Source of the DNA: Aquificaceae bacterium
Lineage (GTDB): Bacteria; Aquificota; Aquificia; Aquificales; Aquificaceae
NCBI GenBank assembly: GCA_026414575.1
Contig: JAOAIS010000001.1
Span: 296-64,295, forward strand
Direction of reading: 5' to 3'
DNA length: 64,000 nt
Part shown: positions 1-9,614 of the stretch, piece by piece
Layout: each line of letters opens with the position of its first letter
Numbering within the stretch: the stretch's first letter is position 1
Position numbers and translations under genes: made by a program
The notes under the pieces: generated by a model
Told to the model about the DNA's origin: nothing
Database searches by the model: none
The model's input: only the letters and a program-made list of their open reading frames with translations

Positions 1-1156
1 CCGTGTCCACAACGGCGCTTTCTGGCACTGCAAGAACTACACCAAGAGGTTTTTCAAAGTATACATCCACGAGCTGGTTTATCTTAAGGCTTGTGTTAGA
101 GTCTGGTAAGCTTACCCTTACCCTTATGGTCTTTGAAGCCCTGTTGGCCTCTGGAAATACATAGTCAACCTTTGCGCTAATGGTTCTGTGTGAGCCCACG
201 GGGCTTATCAGCACCTCCATACCGCTTTTTATAATACCTGCCCTTTCTTGAGGCACTTCCGCTATTACCCATAGCCGGGATATGTCCGCTATTCGGTAAG
301 CTGTATCACCTGCTTTTATAAACCCGCCGGCGAATACCTTCCTATCCACTATTACGCCCCTGTAAGGCGAGGTGATTACATCACCAGCACTCAAGTAGGA
401 GAGCCTTTCGAGCACCACGCCCTCCAACTCTCTTTTTCCCATTTCTCGAACCAGTTTAAGCTCAGCCTCCGCAATCTTTGCCTCTGGGCTAAGAATTTTC
501 ATGAGAGGGGTGCCCTCCTTTACCATTTCCCCCTCAAACCTTCCAAAGGTGTCAAGGACCCAGGCGTCGCTTCTGAGGGTCACATCGTAAACCTTTGAGA
601 GGTCATAGGATACATAACCGACTGCGTTAAAGCTTTCGACAAGCTCAAGCCTTTTAACCTCCTCGGTAACAATGCCTATTAACTTAAGCTTTTCTGGGTC
701 AAGGTTTATGCTGGCAACATTCTTCTTTTCCTCGCCACCCTCGCCGTGAAAGGGTACGCTCAAATCCCTTTTTAGGGTCTTTCCATCAACCTGAACTATT
801 AACTGCCAGTAGCCTACCATGCTAAGATTGGCGATGCCCTCGTACCTTTTACCTCCCAAATCCTTAAGCAGGACATCTTCTCTCATCTCACCCATGCCCG
901 GCATGGGAGGCATGTAAAAGTAAAGGCGTTCTAACCTTCTGCCACTTTCTAACTCTACAAACAGCTGGTTCTTTCCAACCTTAAGGCTTCCGTCCCTTGT
1001 GTAAAGTTTTAGCTTTGTTCCATCTCCTTCCATAAAAAGAAGCTCTATGTATTCTTGGGAAATTCTCCCATTCTCTTTATTCTCTCTTTGATAGATTGCA
1101 AACAGGGAGACTGTAAGGACAGCAATAGTTAAGGCGAGAATACCATACTTCTTCAT
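1..1156 (-). CDS. CusB-like heavy-metal efflux periplasmic adaptor with N-terminal YtkA/FixH-like domain (3' end runs off the window)
   Basis: Not in the ORF track; translated by hand from ATG 1156, which overlaps the TolC stop (ATGA): MKKYGILALTIAVL...YFYMPPMPGMGEM...VITSPYRGVIV...IADISRLWVIAEVP...KVDYVFPE...TIRVRV...LAVPESAVVDT, typical membrane-fusion-protein motifs. Confidence 0.85.
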   Translation of the reverse strand, partial: MKKYGILALTIAVLTVSLFAIYQRENKENGRISQEYIELLFMEGDGTKLKLYTRDGSLKVGKNQLFVELESGRRLERLYFYMPPMPGMGEMREDVLLKDLGGKRYEGIANLSMVGYWQLIVQVDGKTLKRDLSVPFHGEGGEEKKNVASINLDPEKLKLIGIVTEEVKRLELVESFNAVGYVSYDLSKVYDVTLRSDAWVLDTFGRFEGEMVKEGTPLMKILSPEAKIAEAELKLVREMGKRELEGVVLERLSYLSAGDVITSPYRGVIVDRKVFAGGFIKAGDTAYRIADISRLWVIAEVPQERAGIIKSGMEVLISPVGSHRTISAKVDYVFPEANRASKTIRVRVSLPDSNTSLKINQLVDVYFEKPLGVVLAVPESAVVDT

Positions 1157-2337
1157 AGGTAAACCTCCGCCCTGATGTTTATGCTTTTCATTTCCAGATG
1201 GAGATCCAAAAGACCCATCCTTAGCTCCCAAAGCTCTCTGTAGAGCCTGATGATATCCCTGAAGTCTGTCCTTCCATAAGAGTAAGAAATTTCAATGGCC
1301 TTTAGCTCCCTTTCTTTTTCCTTCAACATCTCCTCTGTAAGGGCTATAAGTCCCCTAAACCTGTCCCTTTCGATGCTTATGGAGTTTATTGCCCTTTTTA
1401 TCTCCCGCTTCATGCTCTCTATTTCCGCTTCCTTGGCTTTTAGCTCCTTTAGCTTTTCGAGAACCATGAGGTCTTCCCTTCTTGACTTCCTTAGGGGCAA
1501 GCTAAGACTCATCCTGAGGCTGAACATGTTATCAAGTCCTGGTCTTATCATGTATTCTCCCATAAACTCTAAGTCTGGTAGGTGCTCCACCTTCCGCCTT
1601 TCCACCTCTGCCTTTAACCTTCTCATCTCCATGAGAATTGGCCCCATCACTACCGTCTCTTCAGGTGTTACACCCCTGAGGTTTACCTCCCTTATCTCAA
1701 ACTCCTCACCCTTTAACTCAAAGCTCTTGCCAACAAGGTTGTCTATCTCTTCCTTAATCAACCTTCTTTCCTCCGCAACTCTCCTGAGGTCCCTCTCCAG
1801 CCTTAGGATTTCTGCCCTTATGGAGAGGATTTCTGAGAGTGCCACCCTGCCTAACCTGTAGTTTTCTTCCGCAAGTTTCTCTAAGGTTTTTGCCTCTGCG
1901 ATTATATTTTTTAGAAGAGATTCTCTCTTAGAGGTGTAGAGCCATTCCAGATACCTAAGCTTTATGTCTCTTATGAGCTCTTTCTCTGCTAAGCCAAGCC
2001 GGGCTTTTATGACGCTTCCCTCCGCTTTCACTACCAACGCCTCCCTTTCCCTTTTGATGGGTAGCACATACATCTGGCCTAAACCCAGGACGATACCGCT
2101 CATGGGCTCATACTTGCTGGGATAGGGCCTGTTCAACGGCAGGTTATTAAAACCCGTAAAAAGGTAGGGATTGGGAAGGCTTCTTGAGTATTCTTCCCTG
2201 TGCTTTATCGCTTCTTTCATGGCCCTATAATTTTCAAGCTTTGGCGAGTTTTCGAGGGCGTATTTTATTAATCCACCCAGTTCATCTGCCCTGGGAAAGG
2301 ATGTTGCAAAAATACTCAATATCAATAACAACACCAT
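1153..2337 (-). CDS. TolC/CusC-family outer membrane efflux protein
   Basis: Signal peptide, ALENSP, LPNP and LSLPL motifs, helical repeats; directly upstream of the CusB-like gene. Confidence 0.85.
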   Translation of the reverse strand: MVLLLILSIFATSFPRADELGGLIKYALENSPKLENYRAMKEAIKHREEYSRSLPNPYLFTGFNNLPLNRPYPSKYEPMSGIVLGLGQMYVLPIKREREALVVKAEGSVIKARLGLAEKELIRDIKLRYLEWLYTSKRESLLKNIIAEAKTLEKLAEENYRLGRVALSEILSIRAEILRLERDLRRVAEERRLIKEEIDNLVGKSFELKGEEFEIREVNLRGVTPEETVVMGPILMEMRRLKAEVERRKVEHLPDLEFMGEYMIRPGLDNMFSLRMSLSLPLRKSRREDLMVLEKLKELKAKEAEIESMKREIKRAINSISIERDRFRGLIALTEEMLKEKERELKAIEISYSYGRTDFRDIIRLYRELWELRMGLLDLHLEMKSINIRAEVYL

Positions 2338-2382
2338 GGCTGAATTAAAGGATAAGAAAGCATAAGGTTTAATTCAAGGGTT

Positions 2383-2655
2383 TTATTTCACTTGCTTTTT
2401 GTAGATAAAGATAGAAACTTTACCGTTAACTTTATCTTCCTTAAGGGCACACACATGGGTTACACTTTCATTTAAGTATTCGTATACTTTTCCTTCTATG
2501 CGGTTTAAGTAATAAACCTTGTCGTTTATGTGTTTTGCTTCGGTAAAGTCCTCCATGGATAGAGTCTTTAATTCTATCCGGGCATTCTTGTAGCCATAGA
2601 CAAGACCAGCAATAAAGGCAAGCACCTTGTTATTTTTTAAGTTTAGTTTTTGCAT
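2383..2655 (-). CDS. Hypothetical protein, starts 2 nt after the ftsZ stop
   Basis: 90-aa ORF tightly coupled to ftsZ that fills the gap to tolC. Confidence 0.7.
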   Translation of the reverse strand: MQKLNLKNNKVLAFIAGLVYGYKNARIELKTLSMEDFTEAKHINDKVYYLNRIEGKVYEYLNESVTHVCALKEDKVNGKVSIFIYKKQVK

Positions 2656-2657
2656 TT

Positions 2658-3743
2658 TTATATCTTTCTTCTTCTTCTTAGATAGGCAGGGATCTCTTCA
2701 ATTTCCGGTTGCACTGGTTCGATTGTGTGTTCAGGTGCCGCCTTCTTCAAAGGTTCCTTGAATTCAGGCCTCTTAACTACCTTAAATTGGCTTACCCCCT
2801 GCGCATTTTCGAAATCTGTGGCCACCACAGCTACCCTCATGAAGTTTTCCCTACCGTTCTCGAACATGGCACCGAATATGATAAGGGCGTCTTCGTGGGC
2901 CGCTTCTCTAATCTTTCCAATGGTATCTTCTACTTCTTTAAAGGGCACATCCTCGCTAACCCAAAGGGTGACAAGTAATCTCCTTGCCCCTTCTATGCTG
3001 TTCCCTTCCAGCAAGGGACTTGTGATGGCTTGTTCTATAGCGTAGTCCTTTCTTCCGTCACCCCTACCCTCACCAATTCCTATGAGTGCCAAGCCTCCCT
3101 TTTCCATTACCGTTCTCACATCCGCAAAATCCACATTTATTAGAGCTGGTGTTACTACTATGGTGGTTATGCCCATGACTGCTTTTGCAAGCACATCATC
3201 TACCATCTTGAAGGCATCTTTCACGCTAAAGTTCCTGTCAGCAAGCTCTGCCAGTTTCTGATTGTTGACCACTATGTAGGTATCTACCACATCCTTAAGC
3301 TTTTCAAGTCCCTCACTTGCTACATACATTCTTTTGGGACCTTCAAAATTAAAGGGTCTTGTTACAACCGCCACCGTCAGTATACCCATGTCCTTGGCGA
3401 TTTCTGCTATGATGGGTGCTGCGCCCGTCCCAGTTCCACCGCCTAAACCGCTTGCTACAAATAGCATGTCCGTGTTTCTGAGAATTTCCCTTATCTTGTC
3501 GGCGTCCTCTAATGCCGCCTGCTCACCTATTTCTGGCTTAGCGCCGGCGCCAAGCCCCTTTGTAACTTTTTCGCCAATTTGTATTTTGTTGGGGACGGAT
3601 AGGGATGTGAGGTGTTGAACATCGGTGTTTATGGCAAAGAGCTCCACACCCTCTATGCCTTCAAGATACATCCTGTTGACCGCATTTGAACCACCGCCTC
3701 CAACTCCAAAGACCTTTATCCTTGTAGGGTTAAGAACCTCCAT
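2658..3743 (-). CDS. ftsZ: Cell division protein FtsZ
   Basis: GVGGGGSNAVNRM, GGGTGTG tubulin signature, C-terminal IPAYLRR peptide. Confidence 0.99.
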   Translation of the reverse strand: MEVLNPTRIKVFGVGGGGSNAVNRMYLEGIEGVELFAINTDVQHLTSLSVPNKIQIGEKVTKGLGAGAKPEIGEQAALEDADKIREILRNTDMLFVASGLGGGTGTGAAPIIAEIAKDMGILTVAVVTRPFNFEGPKRMYVASEGLEKLKDVVDTYIVVNNQKLAELADRNFSVKDAFKMVDDVLAKAVMGITTIVVTPALINVDFADVRTVMEKGGLALIGIGEGRGDGRKDYAIEQAITSPLLEGNSIEGARRLLVTLWVSEDVPFKEVEDTIGKIREAAHEDALIIFGAMFENGRENFMRVAVVATDFENAQGVSQFKVVKRPEFKEPLKKAAPEHTIEPVQPEIEEIPAYLRRRRKI

Positions 3744-3759
3744 TTCATAACCTCCTGTT

Positions 3760-5013
3760 TCACATTATATCCCTAAAAAAGGCTTTTACTTTTGCTATAA
3801 GGCCGGAGAGATTAATGGCGTTATCGCTCCTCTTGTCCTGTGTTTTGTGGGCCACTCCTCTTCTGTCAAGGTTTAGGGTTTTGTGGGCGAGCTTTATAAG
3901 CCCCACAGAGGTGGCATAGGCAGGGTCCTGAACTTTCTCCTTAAGACCTATAACACCCGCAGGGTAACCAACCCTCACAGGAAGGTCAAAGTATCTTTCT
4001 AATAACTCCCTCATTCCAGCCAGTTTTGCGGAACCTCCGGTTATCACTATGCCCGCATGCAGAGAGTTTAAGTCCACACCCTGACTGTTTAAAAGGTCTG
4101 TGAGTTTTTCCATGATTTCTTCCAGCCTTATCTGTATTACTTCCGCCAGCTGTTTCCTGCCGACGGTTACCTCCCTTTCCTCGCCCCTCGGCTTTATCTT
4201 TATCCTTTCCGCTTCGTTGACCACATCAGCAAGGGCGTATCCATTTTCTACTTTTATCCTTTCCGCCTGCTCGATGTTAATCTTCATAAAGTGGGCTATA
4301 TCCTTTGTTATGTTAAGGCCACCCATGGGTATACACCCAGTTACAAGTATAGACCCTTCCAAAAAGACTACAAAATCTGTAAGACCAGCTCCAATATCTA
4401 TCATGAGAGCCCCCTCTTCCCTTTCTTCTGGCGTAAGCACAGCCTCTGCAGAAGCTATTGGTGAAAGGAACCGTCCTGCTATGTCCATGCCTGCGTTTAT
4501 AACTACCTTTTCTGTGTTTTTCAGCAAGCTTGAGCCAACCTTTACCACATGCACTTCCGCAGATATTTTAGAACCAAGAAGTCCCAAAGGGTCTATTACT
4601 CCTTCTTGCTCGTCAAGTATGAACCTTCTTGGTATGGCGCTCAGTATCTCGTACCCCTCCTCCTTAGACCTCATGACTGCCCTGTCTATTAACCTCTCTA
4701 TATGAGAGTAGTCTATTTCTACTGGTTGAGAGGCTATGCTTACTGTATCCCTTTCGTTTTGGCTTTTGAGGGTTGGTCCTGATATACCAAGCACTACAGT
4801 TGCTAATTTTACACCAGCCATTTCCTGTGCTTCTTTTATTGCACTTGTGACGGAGTTTACCGCAAGATCCAAGCGGGTCACATAGCCCCTATCTATTCCC
4901 TTGGAAGGGGCTTCTCCTATACCTATCACATGCAAATCTCCGTAGCTATCGACCTCGCCAACCAAAGCTACAACTTTACTCGTGCCTAAATCTATGGCAG
5001 TTATAGGCTTCAT
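3760..5013 (-). CDS. ftsA: Cell division protein FtsA
   Basis: AIDLGTSKV, IDIGAGLTD, ITGGSAKL; upstream of ftsZ. Confidence 0.98.
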   Translation of the reverse strand: MKPITAIDLGTSKVVALVGEVDSYGDLHVIGIGEAPSKGIDRGYVTRLDLAVNSVTSAIKEAQEMAGVKLATVVLGISGPTLKSQNERDTVSIASQPVEIDYSHIERLIDRAVMRSKEEGYEILSAIPRRFILDEQEGVIDPLGLLGSKISAEVHVVKVGSSLLKNTEKVVINAGMDIAGRFLSPIASAEAVLTPEEREEGALMIDIGAGLTDFVVFLEGSILVTGCIPMGGLNITKDIAHFMKINIEQAERIKVENGYALADVVNEAERIKIKPRGEEREVTVGRKQLAEVIQIRLEEIMEKLTDLLNSQGVDLNSLHAGIVITGGSAKLAGMRELLERYFDLPVRVGYPAGVIGLKEKVQDPAYATSVGLIKLAHKTLNLDRRGVAHKTQDKRSDNAINLSGLIAKVKAFFRDIM

Positions 5014-5729
5014 TTCTCTTTTCCACCTCTTATTATTACTAAACCCTCCATGCTAATTTCCATTTCTTTTACATCTAAACCAATATTATAATACATGTGT
5101 ATCCTTGCGACATTCTGGATTAGCTCTCTGTTGAGGAGGAACAGAGGTGGCAGGGTTATTTTTACTCCTTCCTTAGTGTAGATTATTGTGTTAAGGTTGG
5201 TTATGTAGGCTTCTCTTAAGTCCTTTCCCAGAGTGTCTATTATGTTTTTCATATTTTCAAAGTCATTGGTAATTAGTTCAATCTGGTGAGTATAAACAAT
5301 TGGGTTTGTTATTTGTCTGTAATCGGACCAAAACCTGTTTCCATCTTCGTCAAAAAATATAAGATTGTTCTCATGAAGCACTGTGAATATGGGCTTTCTC
5401 TCCTTGATGCGAATTCTCAACTCTACCCCCTTACTGCCAAAACTTCTTTTTACCTCAACGCTATGGATAGAGTTGCCCGTAACCTTGTTTATGTTTTTCA
5501 GAAGAATTCCCTCATTTATGAATAACCAGTTATTCTTTAACTTCCCAACCTCTTCCGCTATTACATCGGGCGGTATAGTTTCCAGACCCTCTATATGCAA
5601 AGCCTTTACCTTAAAGAAGGGGATGTTGTCGGTGAAGTAGGGAATGAAAAATCCTGCCAATGCCATGGAAAATAGCCATATTATGGATATGGTATAGGTT
5701 AACCACTTTCCCCTTCTCCCTTCTTTCAT
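5010..5729 (-). CDS. ftsQ: Cell division protein FtsQ/DivIB
   Basis: N-terminal TM, POTRA-like region ending in IKERKP, position between ddl and ftsA. Confidence 0.85.
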   Translation of the reverse strand: MKEGRRGKWLTYTISIIWLFSMALAGFFIPYFTDNIPFFKVKALHIEGLETIPPDVIAEEVGKLKNNWLFINEGILLKNINKVTGNSIHSVEVKRSFGSKGVELRIRIKERKPIFTVLHENNLIFFDEDGNRFWSDYRQITNPIVYTHQIELITNDFENMKNIIDTLGKDLREAYITNLNTIIYTKEGVKITLPPLFLLNRELIQNVARIHMYYNIGLDVKEMEISMEGLVIIRGGKEK

Positions 5730-5878
5730 GAGTTAACTCCCTTCCTTCATAGCTAAAGATAATAACATATTTGGAATTAGCAATAAGAATTTAGTATCTT
5801 TAGAGGCCACTAAATCCTACCTTTGGAAGTTGTAGAAAAAACACATTAAAGTCGTCTAAAAAGTTATTAAATTCGTCC

Positions 5879-5884
5879 ATTATA
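5879..5884 (-). promoter_or_regulatory. Candidate -10 box (TATAAT) for ftsQAZ
   Basis: ATTATA on + strand in the AT-rich gap upstream of ftsQ; no convincing -35. Confidence 0.35.
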
Positions 5885-6104
5885 AACCTCACATTACGAC
5901 TTACTATCCAAACATGAATGTATCATACACAGCATAAGAGGGTTTACAGTTTTATTAATTTTTTGTAAAATTGGCTTCTTATTGCCAAAAGCTTGAAAAC
6001 ACTTGCCAAGGTTTATAAAAAAATACAAAAGATATAAGAGAAAACAGCCAAACTTGTAGAGGGATAAGTGTCTAAAACGAATAGCTTGGCGCACTTTGTT
6101 CAAT

Positions 6105-6977
6105 TCAAGATAACAATTTACTTATCATGGTTGTAAAATCAATCCCAGCTCTCTTACAGGCCATAGGAAAGAGGCTTAACTCTGTCAATCCTGGTATGGT
6201 GTTCACCTCGAGAAAGTAGGGTTTGCCCTCCCTCGATAGGCGAAAGTCTATCCTTGAAAAGTCTCTAAGCTCTAAGGATGTGTGAATGGTCAAGGCGAGC
6301 TCTTGCAGTTTTTCAACTAAGTCTTTGTCTTCTACAAAAACATACTCGCTCATACCCCTTGTGTATTTGCTTTCGTAGTCGTATATACCCTTCTTTGGTC
6401 TTATTTCTATGGGTGGTAGAGCCTCATGCTTCAGTATTCCCACTGTAATGTCTTTTCCTTCAATGTATTCTTCTATCATTACCTTTCTTGTAACTTTAAA
6501 GCATCTGTCTATGGCTTCCCTTACTTCTTTTTCGTTCTTTGCAAGGAAGAGTCCAACGCTCGATCCCTGGTCTGCGGGTTTTACTATGGAAGGGTAATGC
6601 TCCCAGCGGAAGTCTTCCTGGGGTGACCTTAGGCATATCCACCTTGGCACAGGCACACCTTGGTAAGAAACTATCTTTTTTGTAATGTCCTTATCCATGG
6701 CTATGCTACTGCCCATGACCCCAGAGCCAACATAATCAATTCCCAGAAGGTCCAAGAGTCCTTGAATTCTGCCGTCTTCACCGTAAGTGCCATGAAGGGC
6801 TATAAAAACCTTATCGGGTTTTACTTCCTTCAGTTTCTGGCAGAGGTCTTCGCTAAGGTCTAAGGCTATGGCCTCGTGCCCCAGCTGTCTAAGGGCTTTA
6901 AGCACAGCCTCGCCACTCTTTATGGATATTTCACGTTCTGTGGACCTTCCGCCCATAAGCACCACTACCCTCAACAA
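6105..6977 (-). CDS. ddl: D-alanine--D-alanine ligase
   Basis: GGRSTEREIS, LHGTYGEDG, GSSVG, LEVNTIPGLT. Confidence 0.98.
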   Translation of the reverse strand: MLRVVVLMGGRSTEREISIKSGEAVLKALRQLGHEAIALDLSEDLCQKLKEVKPDKVFIALHGTYGEDGRIQGLLDLLGIDYVGSGVMGSSIAMDKDITKKIVSYQGVPVPRWICLRSPQEDFRWEHYPSIVKPADQGSSVGLFLAKNEKEVREAIDRCFKVTRKVMIEEYIEGKDITVGILKHEALPPIEIRPKKGIYDYESKYTRGMSEYVFVEDKDLVEKLQELALTIHTSLELRDFSRIDFRLSREGKPYFLEVNTIPGLTELSLFPMACKRAGIDFTTMISKLLS

Positions 6978-7824
6978 GCCTTACCTCCTCTTCAAGGATT
7001 ATGCCAAACTCTTCAAAAACCCTTCTCTTGGCTTCTTCGATTATTCTAACCACCTGAGTGTAGGTGCCCCCACCAAGATTTACAAGAAAGTTGGCATGAA
7101 TATCAGAGAAGGCCACTTGACCTAACCTGTAGCCTTTCATACCCACCTTTTCTAAAAGCCTGCCTGCATAATCTTCTGGCGGATTTTTAAAGGTGGAACC
7201 ACTTGTAGGCATGTTTATAGGTTGGGTTTGTTTTCTTTTTTTCACTATTGCTCTGTGTTGCTCCTTTACGCTAACTTCAGCTTTTGGCACCTCAAAGAGG
7301 GCGGAAACCACAAAACCTAGCTCGGGAAATGGGGAGGACCTATAGGAAAAGTCAAGCTCCTTGACTTTTACCCTGTGGGGTCTTCCTTCCCAGTCCAAAA
7401 ACTTCACCTCCAAAAGGTTTTTTCTTATTTCGTAGCCGAAGGCTCCCGCATTCATGGCTACTGCGCCTCCAACAGTGGCTGGAAAGCCAGCCAACCTATA
7501 AAGACCTTCAAGGTTTTCTTCAATGGACAGCTTCACAAGCTCAGAGAGCGGCTCTCCTGCCATTGCTTCTATCAAAAATGTTTCATCAGCCTTCTGAATC
7601 CTTATACCCCTAAGCCTTCGTAGGTTCAAAACTATACCATCAAAGTCTCCAAATATCGTATTGGCGCCTCTTCCAAGGGGGAACACCTCCAGACCCTTGT
7701 CCAAGGCAAAAAGTAGGACATGGATGATATCTTCTATGTTCTTGGGCTCGCAGAAATATCGCGCGGTGCCACCCACCCCTATGGTTGTGAAGGATGATAG
7801 TTTTACATGTTTCAGGAGCTTCAT
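6931..7824 (-). CDS. murB: UDP-N-acetylenolpyruvoylglucosamine reductase
   Basis: GVGGTA, PATVGGAVAMNAGAFG, SGSTFKNP, HANFLVN, LEEEV. Confidence 0.97.
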   Translation of the reverse strand: MKLLKHVKLSSFTTIGVGGTARYFCEPKNIEDIIHVLLFALDKGLEVFPLGRGANTIFGDFDGIVLNLRRLRGIRIQKADETFLIEAMAGEPLSELVKLSIEENLEGLYRLAGFPATVGGAVAMNAGAFGYEIRKNLLEVKFLDWEGRPHRVKVKELDFSYRSSPFPELGFVVSALFEVPKAEVSVKEQHRAIVKKRKQTQPINMPTSGSTFKNPPEDYAGRLLEKVGMKGYRLGQVAFSDIHANFLVNLGGGTYTQVVRIIEEAKRRVFEEFGIILEEEVRLVEGSGAYGRKVHRT

Positions 7825-8396
7825 TTGATTACATAATAAACCAGCCCAGCCACAATGGGCACTGTGAAGTTATCATCGAGCCTTAAGGGTAAAAGCTCCA
7901 CCAGAGCAGAGAAGAAAGAGACCAAAAGGGCTTTCCAAAGTCCGATAAGAAGTGCAAGAACCAGAAGGGTGGAAAAAAAGAAGGCTAGGGACCCTTCAAT
8001 GCTTCTTTCTCCTATCCTTCTCCTGCCATACCTCATTCCCACCACGCTGGCAAAGGCGTCGCCTACTGCGAGCACCACAACAGCTACAAGAGCTGACTCC
8101 CTACCAAAGAGCAAAAAGCTTAGGAAGATACCCAAGTTTGCCCACAGGGCCTGAATACCAGGCTTTGAATAGTTTCTCCTCCTTTCTAACTTATAGACAA
8201 ATAGGTAGTATGGCCTTAGACGGTCTTCCCACAATCTTAAGAGGGTGATGAGGTTCATAACAATGACAATGACAAAAAGAAGTGTCAAGAGCCATCCAGG
8301 GAAAAGGTAGAGGGGTGGTAGCCACAGGAGGAGTGCAAAGAGGTGAAAGACTTTTCTTCTGGTTTCCAAATCTCCTATAATTTTCCTTATGTTCAT
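7821..8396 (-). CDS. CTP-dependent polyprenol/diacylglycerol (dolichol/phytol) kinase family membrane protein
   Basis: RRKVFH, GDAFASVVG, RSIEGSLAFF, DDNFTVP. Confidence 0.85.
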   Translation of the reverse strand: MNIRKIIGDLETRRKVFHLFALLLWLPPLYLFPGWLLTLLFVIVIVMNLITLLRLWEDRLRPYYLFVYKLERRRNYSKPGIQALWANLGIFLSFLLFGRESALVAVVVLAVGDAFASVVGMRYGRRRIGERSIEGSLAFFFSTLLVLALLIGLWKALLVSFFSALVELLPLRLDDNFTVPIVAGLVYYVIK

Positions 8397-9072
8397 TTAC
8401 GAGCTCACCAATCCTGAGCTTATTTTAATACACCTTCATGGTTTTGCCAGCGATGTGAGGGGGAGCAAGGTTGCTATCCTTAGGGGCAGGGCTTTGAGTG
8501 GAAGGTTTTCCTTTTTTGCCATGGATATGGAATACCATAACACTACAACCTCCAAGGTTCTCGAGGTGCTCGATGTGTTGGTGAAGGGTTTTTCTCGGAA
8601 GTTTAAGGAGGTGTGGCTGTCTGGCAGTTCCCACGGTGGTTATGTAACCCTTAACTATCTGAAATTCTATCAGCCCATTGGAGTTGCTAAGGTTTTTCTG
8701 TTTGCCCCCTCCTACTCTACGCTTTCCCTCACACTTCAGGAGGTAGGAGAAGATAGGTGCAGGGAGTGGTTAGAAGGAAAGGAGGAACTTACTTTTACAG
8801 AATGCGAAACCGGTCTTGAGATTACCATCCACAGGGATTTTGCCTTTGATATAGTCCAGAGGGGCTACGAGATTATATCTAAAGGCGGTGTCCTTTTTCC
8901 TGAGAATCCAGAGTACCCCATATATGTGTTTCATGGTCTTCAGGATAGGGTTGTGCCCATAGAACATTCAAGGCTCTTTGTCAGTAAGGTGAGGGTGGAG
9001 CATTTTAGCGAGGTGGAGGATGACCATAGGCTTAACAACACCTTTAAGGGTATTGTGGAAAGTTTTTTGTAA
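8389..9072 (+). CDS. Alpha/beta hydrolase, YqiA-like esterase
   Basis: HLHGFAS, GSSHGG nucleophile elbow, HGLQDRVVP, DDH. Confidence 0.85.
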   Translation: MFIYELTNPELILIHLHGFASDVRGSKVAILRGRALSGRFSFFAMDMEYHNTTTSKVLEVLDVLVKGFSRKFKEVWLSGSSHGGYVTLNYLKFYQPIGVAKVFLFAPSYSTLSLTLQEVGEDRCREWLEGKEELTFTECETGLEITIHRDFAFDIVQRGYEIISKGGVLFPENPEYPIYVFHGLQDRVVPIEHSRLFVSKVRVEHFSEVEDDHRLNNTFKGIVESFL

Positions 9073-9121
9073 GCAATATCTTTGATAAAGGTCATGGCAA
9101 GCACACGCCAAGCCTTCATAT

Positions 9122-9127
9122 TATAAT
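9122..9127 (+). promoter_or_regulatory. -10 box for the iscU operon
   Basis: TATAAT followed by an AAGGAGGT Shine-Dalgarno and ATG 9153. Confidence 0.6.
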
Positions 9128-9152
9128 CTACCAACTTAAAGGAGGTGTTAAG

Positions 9153-9614
9153 ATGTTTGAATACAGCGAGAAGGTGCTTGACCACTTTCTTAACCCGCGC
9201 AATGTGGGTGTGTTGGAGGATGCCAACGCCATAGGACAGTGTGGCAACCCTGCCTGTGGGGACGCCATGCTTTTTACCCTCAAGGTAAACCCCGAGAAGG
9301 ATATTATAGAAGATGTCAGGTTCAAAACCTTTGGCTGCGGTTCCGCCATAGCTGTTTCTTCACAGCTTACAGAGATGATAAAGGGTAAGCCCATAAGCTA
9401 TGCCCTAAACCTTACCTACAAGGACATCTTTGACGAGCTTGGAGGCTTACCACCCCAGAAGATACACTGCACAAACTTGGGGCTTGAGACCCTTCATGTG
9501 GCCATAAAGGATTACCTTCTAAAGCAAGGAAGAATGGAAGAAGCCATGCGCATACCCGACTGCTACGAGGAGGAAGAAGAAGAAAGCAGAGAGTTTGAGT
9601 TTCTTTCCACATGA
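9153..9614 (+). CDS. iscU: Fe-S cluster scaffold IscU
   Basis: YSEKVLDHFLNPRNVG, GNPACGD, FGCGSAIA, LPPQKIHC; acidic C-terminal tail as in Aquificae IscU. Confidence 0.96.
   Translation: MFEYSEKVLDHFLNPRNVGVLEDANAIGQCGNPACGDAMLFTLKVNPEKDIIEDVRFKTFGCGSAIAVSSQLTEMIKGKPISYALNLTYKDIFDELGGLPPQKIHCTNLGLETLHVAIKDYLLKQGRMEEAMRIPDCYEEEEEESREFEFLST

Noticed and set aside
9082-9095. FNR/DNR-like box TTGAT-N4-GTCAT upstream of iscU
   Set aside because: Two mismatches, and centred about -45.5 relative to the inferred start rather than the usual -41.5
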